64,000 nt of DNA from an uncultured Holophagales bacterium (lineage in GTDB: Bacteria; Acidobacteriota; Thermoanaerobaculia; Multivoradales; UBA5704): positions 1,792,001-1,856,000 of the forward strand of contig CAWJGT010000003.1 in assembly GCA_963842525.1 (NCBI GenBank), written 5' to 3'. Positions 56,806-64,000 of the stretch are shown here, piece by piece. The stretch's first letter is position 1. Each line of letters starts with the position of its first letter. The position numbers and the translations under genes were made by a program. The notes under the pieces were generated by a model that made no database searches, was not told where the DNA came from, and saw only the letters and a program-made list of their open reading frames with translations.

Positions 56806-56829
56806 GGGGACTCGGGACCGACTGGCGTT
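56803..56829 (+). promoter_or_regulatory. TGAGGG-N17-CGTT motif copy 5 (its TGA is the stop codon of paralog 1)
   Basis: TGAGGG 56803-56808, CGTT 56826-56829. Confidence 0.68.
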
Positions 56830-56894
56830 CCTACCACGAGCCCGCCGCCGTGGCGGAGCCGCAGCAGACAACCGAGATCAGGATCGAAAACGAG

Positions 56895-59681
56895 ATGAAG
56901 ACACAGATCTCCAGAGATGGATACCGCGCCGACAAGCGCTACTCCGGCGTCTATCAGCAACAGGGCCGGATGATCACCGACCGCGATTGGAACGAGCTGG
57001 TCGATATCCTGAAAGCCCGCCTCGACACGGGGCTGGCCGACGTCGTGGGCAGCGGCGTGCCGCGCGAGCATGCCGTCGCGCTGCGCAAGGGCGCGCAGGG
57101 GCTGGAGATCCGGCCAGGTGTGGTCTACGCCGGCGGCGTGGCCGCGCAGATCGGATCCTCCTACGGACCTTCGACGTTCTTCGGCTACGACCAGCAGGTC
57201 GACTTTCCGTCGCCCCCCCTGCCGCAGGCCAACCAGCCGTACGTCGTCTATGCGGACGTCTGGGAGCGTCCGGTCTCCGCGCTGGAAGACGAAGGGCTGC
57301 GCGATCCGGCCCTGAACGGAGCCGACACGACGACGCGTACCCAGACGATGGCCCAGATCAAGTGGGCCCCCACCGGAAAGAAACCCGAGGACGCGGGCCA
57401 GAACCCGCCGCGCGGCAACGGGACGCTCTCGGTGAGCGTACCGGCGGCGAGCTCGGGCGATCCGCTGGGCGGCACCGACGCGGCCGGCGGGGACTACCTG
57501 TTCCGCCTGGAGGTCCACGACGTGACCTGGCCGTCGAACGCGGCTCCGGACGCGCCGGGCCGCGTGGTCCTCAAGTGGTCCCGCGAGAATGGAGCCGAGC
57601 AGCACAAGGCCCTGGAGGCCCCCAGCTCCTTCCGGTCCGGGCCCTGGATCTACGAGCTGTACCAGCTCGCGAACGAGAAGACCCTCGGATTCCATTACGC
57701 CACCTCCTGGCAACCGGGCCGCGGCGAGCTGTACACCGTGTTCCCTTCCCTGTCCTCCCAGGCGCACCAGAGCCATTTCCTGCGCCGCTGGGACGGCTAC
57801 TGCGTCCTCCAGCTCCAGAGCAACAAGTCCTGGGGTTTCTCCTCCAATCAGGTCGAGGAGCCGAGGCGGACGGCTCCGGGGGCGACGGTCCAGCTCGAGA
57901 GTGGACGACTCATCGTGCGGCTCCTCGACCTCGAGCTCGACCTCGACATCCAAGGCCGGACCTTCCTGGCCGGAGACTACTGGCAGGTGCCGGTCCGCCG
58001 CGCCCTCCACCAGCCCGGAACCCAGATCGTCCAGTCGGCTCCGCCGGCGGGCATTACGCACCGCTATGTGACCCTGGGCTCGGTGAGCGCCACGGGCGAC
58101 GTGACGCCGCGCGCCACCTTTCCGCCCCTGACCGCCCTCCAGGCAGGCGATGTGGGCTACGACGGCAGCGGCTGCACGACCGGTCTCTTCAATGGCTCCC
58201 ACGATACGGTGGAGAAGGCCCTCAACCGTCTCTGGCAGCTCGCCGCCGAGCACGTCGCGTACACCAAGCCCGCGGACAGCTCGCTCTACAAGGGCAAGAC
58301 CATCGCCAATGCCAAGAATGCCCTGGACCTGCTGAGCGACGTCCGCGCGCGGCAGATCCTCTATGACGGAAGGACGGGCGTGCCGGACGTCCAGGCCGCT
58401 CTCGACACGCTGTACACCCGTCCCAGCGGCGACTCCTGCGGCTATACGGTCGGCACGGGCGGAGAATTCGCCAACATCGACACGGCAATCCAGACGTTGA
58501 TGACCCAGCAGAGGCAGGATATCCGCCTGATGCTGCTGCCGGGCGACCACGTGCTGAGCGCGAAGCTCCGTCTTCCTCAGCGACCGCAACGTCCACCTGA
58601 CCTTCACCGGCACCGGCTGGGCATCCCGCCTGATCATCAACAAGGCATTCTCGATTCAGACGCCCGCCTCCGTGACCTTCCAGGGCCTGCACATCGAATT
58701 CCAGGGAACGGGCTCTCTCGTGAGCCAGGGCGGCGAGGTCAGCTTCCTGGACAACCGCATCACCGGCGTCTCCACGGCTGCCCTGATCCGGCCCCAGATC
58801 TGCTCGCGCATCCTGTTGCGCGACAACCTGGTCGAGGTCTCGGAGATCGACCCGACGCTCGAGCCGGTCTCGATCCTCGCGCCGCTCGACACCGAGGCCG
58901 CGATCCAGCAGTTGTTCTCGACGCGCTCGCCGCGGCTTTTCGCGCTGCGCGCCAATGCGATCGACGACAGGATCGCTGCGCTCACCGAGGCCGAGCGCCT
59001 GCAGCGGTCGGACGCCATCCAGATGCAGTTGAACAAGTTTCCCGACCTGCCGAAGGCCGCGTACAACACCTTCCTGATGAACCTCCGGGCCGGAGCCCGG
59101 GGCTTCCTCAACAACACCCTCTCCGCGGTCCGCGTCGAGGCCTTGCAGCGGGCGCGCCCCGGCCTCTTTCTCCAGCTCGACTCTCCCCTGTCGCCGCTGC
59201 GGCTGGAGAGCAATCAGATTTTCGGCTACGTGAGCCTCTACGGCGCTCCGGGAGGAGACCTCACCTACACCGAGCTGCGCAACTTCAGCAGTCAGGTGGG
59301 GAACACACTCTTCGATTCACAGGCTCGACACGACCTGATCGCCACCGGCAACCGGATGAGCGGATTCCGCGTCACTGCACACACCTTCAGCTCGATCCGC
59401 ACGGGCACCCACATCACCCCGCTTTTCCAGCGCATCACGCTGACGGACAACACCTTCGAGGCCGGAGGCAACCAGCTCGTCGCGTGCAACGTCGAGCTCA
59501 GCTCGAACCTGTACACAGCGCCGACCTTCGGCTGGGCCATCGGGGAGGAGGTCCTGCTGATGAGCAACGTGGCGCGCATCGATGTCGGCCTCGACGTGGT
59601 CACCCGGAACATGGTGTCGACCGGCAACTCGACGCGCATGAAGATCCGGCGGATCACGCCGAGCTCCCCGCCACGCCATGA
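56895..59681 (+). CDS. DUF6519-like eCIS protein (putative tail fibre), paralog 2; frameshifts ~58575 and ~59655
   Basis: Collinear with paralog 1 (MKTQISR, YSGVYQQQGRMITDRDWNE, EPVSILAPLDTEAA, STRSPRLFALRANA). The ELPATP* end overlaps the next ATG, like paralog 1's ELAPTVP*. Confidence 0.78.
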   Translation: MKTQISRDGYRADKRYSGVYQQQGRMITDRDWNELVDILKARLDTGLADVVGSGVPREHAVALRKGAQGLEIRPGVVYAGGVAAQIGSSYGPSTFFGYDQQVDFPSPPLPQANQPYVVYADVWERPVSALEDEGLRDPALNGADTTTRTQTMAQIKWAPTGKKPEDAGQNPPRGNGTLSVSVPAASSGDPLGGTDAAGGDYLFRLEVHDVTWPSNAAPDAPGRVVLKWSRENGAEQHKALEAPSSFRSGPWIYELYQLANEKTLGFHYATSWQPGRGELYTVFPSLSSQAHQSHFLRRWDGYCVLQLQSNKSWGFSSNQVEEPRRTAPGATVQLESGRLIVRLLDLELDLDIQGRTFLAGDYWQVPVRRALHQPGTQIVQSAPPAGITHRYVTLGSVSATGDVTPRATFPPLTALQAGDVGYDGSGCTTGLFNGSHDTVEKALNRLWQLAAEHVAYTKPADSSLYKGKTIANAKNALDLLSDVRARQILYDGRTGVPDVQAALDTLYTRPSGDSCGYTVGTGGEFANIDTAIQTLMTQQRQDIRLMLLPGDHVLSAKLRLPQRPQRPPDLHRHRLGIPPDHQQGILDSDARLRDLPGPAHRIPGNGLSREPGRRGQLPGQPHHRRLHGCPDPAPDLLAHPVARQPGRGLGDRPDARAGLDPRAARHRGRDPAVVLDALAAAFRAARQCDRRQDRCAHRGRAPAAVGRHPDAVEQVSRPAEGRVQHLPDEPPGRSPGLPQQHPLRGPRRGLAAGAPRPLSPARLSPVAAAAGEQSDFRLREPLRRSGRRPHLHRAAQLQQSGGEHTLRFTGSTRPDRHRQPDERIPRHCTHLQLDPHGHPHHPAFPAHHADGQHLRGRRQPARRVQRRAQLEPVHSADLRLGHRGGGPADEQRGAHRCRPRRGHPEHGVDRQLDAHEDPADHAELPATP

Positions 59682-62600
59682 GCAGCGGACCGGCCGTCGC
59701 CCACAAGGCCGCGGAGGCCGGGAGGCAGCGCACGCCGTCTCCCGTCCCGGCCGGCCCCTCGCCGCAGCGGGAGGAGATCCGCAGTGCCCTCTCGCGTGAC
59801 GAGGAGTACCGCCTCGCGCGCACCGAGGACGGCGGCATCGTCCTGTACTTCCATCCGCGGGACTACTTCACCTGGTCCGATCCCCTCGGCGAGACCTTCG
59901 GCCGCTACGTGCTCCACGTCTTCCCGGGAGCCACCCGGGAGGACGCCGAGGAGTGCGCGCGCGACAACGGGGTCTTCTGGGTGCAACGGGTCCCCGAGGA
60001 TGCCGCGGGCCGCGGCCTGGTCCCCATCACGATCCAGGGGCCTCTTCACTCCCAGGTCAAGGCCTGGTTCAAGACGCACCGCCCCGGCCTCCTGCCGGTG
60101 GAGCCCGCGCCCGGATTCTTCCGCCTGGCGGACACGCGTCCCGACCGCAGATCGCTGGACGTGATCCGTACCTTCGTGCCGAAGGGGGCGCTCGTCCTCC
60201 AACCCGACGTAGGGACCTTCGTCCAGGGGAGCACCATCAAGGCGGCCGTCGAGTTCGCCGGCGACTCCGCCAACGAGCGCCTCAACCTCTATCCCAGCAT
60301 GGCCGCCTTCGACTGGACGGTCGTCGATGCGAACGGCCAGGAAGTCCTGACCGGCCCCCTCTTCGAGGGGCGCGGCACCCGCATCTACGAATTCGAGCTG
60401 AGCGAAAAGGGCCGCTACGAGGTCCGGGTCACGGTCTCCAGCCGGTGGTTCAGCACCGGCGACTTCACCCCGCCGCCGGTCTCGATCCTGGTGGTCAGCG
60501 AAGCGCAGCGCGAGAAGGAGGTCTTCGACCTGCTCCTCACCGGCCCCGGCGAGGAGGCCCCGTTCGAGCGCGTCGGCAGCGAGCTGCGTCTCAAGCCCGG
60601 CGCCGAGCCTCTCTCGGTGGACCGGGAGGTCGAGAAGGCCGACTTCTGGGTCCGGCTCGTCGACCGGATGCAGGCGAGAGGGCAGATCACGGAAGAGCAG
60701 GCCGAGGAGTTCCGCGAAGTCTGGACGGACCGCAAGGAGATGCTCGAGGAGAAGAGGGAGCTGCTGACCGGCACTACGCCATACATCGCCTACGGGAGCT
60801 TCCTCGATGCCACCACCTCCGCCTATCTGCCTCTCCAGGTCGCCCTGCGCGGCGAGAGGCGGAACGAAGGATCCTCCCTCGGCTTCAGCTTCCGACTGCT
60901 CGACTTCACCCTGGCGCCGTACGACCCGCCGCTCCACTCGGGCGAAGCCGAGGTGGAGGTCGCGTTCGGCGACGAGCAGACGGCGACCCGCCGGGCCGAG
61001 ATCGCGGCCCTCGACGAGCTGGCCGGGCACTGGCAGTCCAACAACAGCTATCCGGACGGCACCGTGCGTCTCGTCGTCCGGCTCTCCGACGGGACCCTCT
61101 ACGAGAGGCCGCCCATCGACACCCGCAGCGCCAAGAAGGACGTGCAGCAGGCCGCGGGCAAGGTGGCCCTGGTCCTCGGCGCCGTGGCGCTCGGCATCTC
61201 CCTGATCAATCCCGTCGGCATCCTTTTCGTCGTCGGCACGGGCGCGGGCGTCCTCGCGGCCGGCGCCGGGCTGACCGATGTCGGCCTGCGGCTGGAGCAG
61301 CGCATCCAGACCCACACGCTGCACGCCGACCGCCAGGTGGCGCTCGACTGTCTGCAGGTGGCCGCCACGATCGCCGGCATCGGCGGCATGGCCCGGGCGG
61401 TGCGCTCCGGCAGGGTGCTGAGCGACGGCCGCCTCCTGGTCGGCATGGCCGGCCTGGACGTGGCGCAGGGGATGGTCCTGACCGCCGACGTGCAGGCGCG
61501 CATCCTGGAGGTCGAGGCCGACTACCACAGCCGCGCCGCGGCGCTCCAGGAGCAGGGGAATGCCGTCGAGGGGGACCTGAAGGCGCTCGCCGTCGAGAGG
61601 GACACCGCCGTCGCGAACATCCTCGGCGAGGCCGCCATCGGCGGCGGCTTCCTCCTGGTCTCGCTGGGCAGGGGAGTCAAGGACATCAGAAACCACGTGC
61701 GGAGGGTGGCGGCGAGCGGCGACCCGCGGCTCATCCGCAACACCCTGGGGACCGACCGCGTCCTCACTCCGGACGAGGTGCGCCAGCTCAACACCGCGCT
61801 CGAAGCGGCCGAGCCGCCGGCGAGGATTGAAGAGCCGCCCACGGCCACCGCGAAAGTGGAAGAGCCGCTGCCCGCGCCGCCGAGGGTCGAAGAGCCGGTG
61901 AAGCCCGAAGCCAGGGTGGAAGAGCCGCCCCCCGCAACGGCGAAGATCGAGGAGCCTGCCAAGCCCGGGCCGAAGGTGGAAGAGCCCGGCACGCCGGAGA
62001 AGCCCAGGCCTCCCAGGCCCGCAAGTCCAGAGCCCGCCGCAACGGTCCGTCCGGTCCCCGAGGTCCGGGGACTGGTGACCCTCCCCGCCAAGCCGGTCCG
62101 GCCCGGCGAGCTGCGCTACGACTACCAGACCTGGCTGCGCTCCGAGGTCGAGCATCCGGTCTCGGAGGCGCGGCGCGCGCGGGCCGCCGAGCTGGCGGAG
62201 CGTCTGGCCGGCTTGGACAAGAGGCAGCGCAACGTCGACAAGGTCACGCGACAGCTCGACGAAGCCGAGATCGAGGCCCGGGAGGCAGCCCTCGAGGAGC
62301 CCAAGACGGGAGAGGCGCCGCCGCCACCTTTCGACGAAAAGGCCCATCAGGCCGCCCGCGAGCGCAACGCGGCGGAGCAGCAGCAGATCCTGGCGGACAC
62401 CGTCCCCCTGATGCACGCCCTGCAGGAGCACGCCAACTCGTCCCTGTCCACGGACATGGGCGGCACCCCGGCCCAGATGCTCGACCTCCAGGGACGCCTC
62501 AATCCACCCGAGATCCGGGGCCTCCACATCGAGCTCGGCCGCGAGCGGTTCGTCAAGCTGCTCGGCGCCGGCCCCGACGTCGTCGGCCGGTTCCTGGACG

Positions 62601-63601
62601 TGCGCCGCCAGACCAACCTCACCCGGACCGGCCGCCTCCGCCTGCTCGAGATCCTCGACCTGCACCGCAGCGGCGCCCTCGACGACGCCCGCCTCTCCCA
62701 GGCGCTCGACGAGTGCCGGGACTTCCTGACCCTTTATCCGAACGGGATCAAGGGGGACTTCCGGCGCATGGCCGCGGCGTTCGATCCGGCCGCCCGCGTC
62801 TCCACGGTCGAGGCGCTCCCCACCTCCGAGCTGTACCTGCGGGCCCAGTCGGGGGACGCGGATGCCGCCCACGAGCTCGAGCTGCGGCGCCAGAGCCTCT
62901 CCACCGAAGAGCTCCAGACCGCCGCCCAGCAGGCCGAACAGGCCGCGCGGCGGGCCCGCAAGGCCAAGCGCAAGGACGAGGCGCGGAGCGCCAAGGGCGA
63001 GCAGGACCGGCTCAGAACCCTGCTGGCCGAGCGCAACGTCCTCTTCACAGGGGTCCGCACCACCGACGGCCCCTTCACCACCCACCCCGAGCTGCGCAGA
63101 GTCTTGGAGAACGACCTCCGCAAAAGCCGGGTCGTGGGCCGGATCGACATCCCGCAGTCCGATGCCGCCGTCGAGGGAGGCACCCTCGGAGCCGCGCGCA
63201 CCGACATCCCGGGCGTCGGCCCCCGCAAGCTCTTCCTCGGCCGCTCGCCCAAGGCGCACGCCGAGGGAGAGGCCTCGACGATCAATCCCAGGTACAAGGC
63301 CCCGGCCGAGACCGCGGCCGCCCACGGGCACGCCGAGCAGACCCTGGTCGGCAACCTCGCGGACGACATCGACCAGCTCATCAAAGCCGGCAAGCTGACC
63401 CAGGCGGACCTCCAGGGGAAGACCGTCTGGATGCTCATCGATCAGGAAGTCTGCAGCTACTGCGGCTCCGGCCTGGACAGCCCCGTCGCTCCCGGCGTGC
63501 TGGCGCAGTTCAGCCAGGACTTCCCGCTGCTCACCATCCAGATCAAGAACCTGCGGACCAGCGACCTCATCATCCTGAGGGGCGGCCGCCGGATCAATTA
63601 G
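59678..63601 (+). CDS. Putative eCIS effector: large polymorphic-toxin-like protein with hydrophobic segment, Pro/Glu repeats and a C-terminal Zn-dependent deaminase domain
   Basis: GHAEQTL ... DQEVCSYC (HxE..CxxC) near the C-terminus; hydrophobic VALVLGAVALGISLINPVGILFVVGTGAGVLAAGAG; lies directly after the structural genes. Confidence 0.78.
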   Translation: MSSGPAVAHKAAEAGRQRTPSPVPAGPSPQREEIRSALSRDEEYRLARTEDGGIVLYFHPRDYFTWSDPLGETFGRYVLHVFPGATREDAEECARDNGVFWVQRVPEDAAGRGLVPITIQGPLHSQVKAWFKTHRPGLLPVEPAPGFFRLADTRPDRRSLDVIRTFVPKGALVLQPDVGTFVQGSTIKAAVEFAGDSANERLNLYPSMAAFDWTVVDANGQEVLTGPLFEGRGTRIYEFELSEKGRYEVRVTVSSRWFSTGDFTPPPVSILVVSEAQREKEVFDLLLTGPGEEAPFERVGSELRLKPGAEPLSVDREVEKADFWVRLVDRMQARGQITEEQAEEFREVWTDRKEMLEEKRELLTGTTPYIAYGSFLDATTSAYLPLQVALRGERRNEGSSLGFSFRLLDFTLAPYDPPLHSGEAEVEVAFGDEQTATRRAEIAALDELAGHWQSNNSYPDGTVRLVVRLSDGTLYERPPIDTRSAKKDVQQAAGKVALVLGAVALGISLINPVGILFVVGTGAGVLAAGAGLTDVGLRLEQRIQTHTLHADRQVALDCLQVAATIAGIGGMARAVRSGRVLSDGRLLVGMAGLDVAQGMVLTADVQARILEVEADYHSRAAALQEQGNAVEGDLKALAVERDTAVANILGEAAIGGGFLLVSLGRGVKDIRNHVRRVAASGDPRLIRNTLGTDRVLTPDEVRQLNTALEAAEPPARIEEPPTATAKVEEPLPAPPRVEEPVKPEARVEEPPPATAKIEEPAKPGPKVEEPGTPEKPRPPRPASPEPAATVRPVPEVRGLVTLPAKPVRPGELRYDYQTWLRSEVEHPVSEARRARAAELAERLAGLDKRQRNVDKVTRQLDEAEIEAREAALEEPKTGEAPPPPFDEKAHQAARERNAAEQQQILADTVPLMHALQEHANSSLSTDMGGTPAQMLDLQGRLNPPEIRGLHIELGRERFVKLLGAGPDVVGRFLDVRRQTNLTRTGRLRLLEILDLHRSGALDDARLSQALDECRDFLTLYPNGIKGDFRRMAAAFDPAARVSTVEALPTSELYLRAQSGDADAAHELELRRQSLSTEELQTAAQQAEQAARRARKAKRKDEARSAKGEQDRLRTLLAERNVLFTGVRTTDGPFTTHPELRRVLENDLRKSRVVGRIDIPQSDAAVEGGTLGAARTDIPGVGPRKLFLGRSPKAHAEGEASTINPRYKAPAETAAAHGHAEQTLVGNLADDIDQLIKAGKLTQADLQGKTVWMLIDQEVCSYCGSGLDSPVAPGVLAQFSQDFPLLTIQIKNLRTSDLIILRGGRRIN
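61810..62000 (+). repeat. 30-nt (10-aa) coding tandem repeat, [KR][VI]EEP x6
   Basis: RIEEPPTATAKVEEPLPAPPRVEEPVKPEARVEEPPPATAKIEEPAKPGPKVEEPG. Confidence 0.8.
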
Positions 63602-63613
63602 CAGGAGACGTAC

Positions 63614-64000
63614 ATGCCGTTCATCCAAGACAAGGAACCCGCCGCCGCGGTCTGGCGCCGGTTCCTGGAGAAGTCCGCCACGCCCCTTGGACCCGTCCCC
63701 GACCGGCAGGAGGTCCGCCGCATCCTCGCGCAATCGCCCACGGCCGCGCTGCCGGCTCTCGCCATGGGCGGCCTGCCCGCTGTCGGTGGGCTCGTGCAGG
63801 GTGCCACGAATGAGGATGCCCAGACCGTCTGGAGCAAGATCGCCGACGTCAAGACGAAGGCCGAGCCGGGACAGCCGGAGACGCCGCAGCAGACGCGCGC
63901 CCATCAGGCCATCCAACAGATGCTCTCCATCCCCGAAGGGATCACGCTCGTCCGGCAGCTCGGCCGGCTCTTCGGCAAGCGCGACAAGCCGACCTTGGAA
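63614..64000 (+). CDS. Hypothetical protein (partial), candidate second eCIS cargo
   Basis: AGGAG RBS; ATG 63614 is open to the window end (MPFIQDKEPAAAVWRRFLEKSATPLGPVPDRQEVRRILAQ...). Missing from the ORF track because it has no stop. Confidence 0.7.
   Translation, partial: MPFIQDKEPAAAVWRRFLEKSATPLGPVPDRQEVRRILAQSPTAALPALAMGGLPAVGGLVQGATNEDAQTVWSKIADVKTKAEPGQPETPQQTRAHQAIQQMLSIPEGITLVRQLGRLFGKRDKPTLE

Noticed and set aside
34454-59681. Prophage or T6SS interpretation
   Set aside because: No capsid, terminase, integrase or lysis genes and no TssJLM/ClpV/TssBC; the DUF4255 plus Afp15-type ATPase points to eCIS.
59654-63916. 1420-aa minus-strand ORF (and 34028-36841 opposite the sheath)
   Set aside because: Antisense shadows of the toxin and sheath genes; only the last ~90 codons of 34028-36841 look like a real gene remnant.
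63614-64000. Immunity gene for the deaminase
   Set aside because: No recognisable immunity motif, and it shares an N-terminal motif with the toxin. It is truncated by the window, so this cannot be fully excluded.

Overview
High-GC (~70%) bacterial window. It is possibly Acidobacteriota/Thermoanaerobaculia; this is an inference from the secreted 'LCLGNGRFKV...FWVFAGGLTDV' domain and the REP-like palindrome families. There are three blocks. (1) 1-29219, minus strand: one giant lipopeptide NRPS-PKS assembly line broken by about 8 apparent single-base indels and running off the left edge. Its architecture is FAAL-ACP-[C-A(Ala)-T]-[C-A(?)-T, E deleted]-[C-A(Asn)-T-E]-[C-A(Val)-T]-[C-A(Thr)-T]x2-[C-A(Cys-like, methyltransferase inserted between a2 and a3)-T]-KS-AT. 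(2) 29650-34300: a decayed two-component pair, an alpha/beta hydrolase, a GNAT, a rhombosortase with a sigma54 promoter facing a divergent sigma54 enhancer-binding protein, and a truncated MoaF-like gene. (3) 34313-64000, plus strand: an extracellular contractile injection system (eCIS). It encodes sheath, tube, DUF4255 cap, AAA+ ATPase, tube initiator/LysM, hub, an HxH-tipped spike with no PAAR seen, gp25, baseplate and two DUF6519-like fibre paralogs. These are followed by a 1307-aa HAE/CxxC deaminase-toxin candidate and a second candidate cargo gene. The most notable signals are: five copies of a fixed-spacing TGAGGG-N17-CGTT promoter-like motif that restart the eCIS operon after each inserted passenger; an identical-register N-terminal motif shared by the two candidate cargo proteins; and a clean epimerase-domain deletion scar in NRPS module 2. 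All calls come from reading motifs by eye; no database searches were run.
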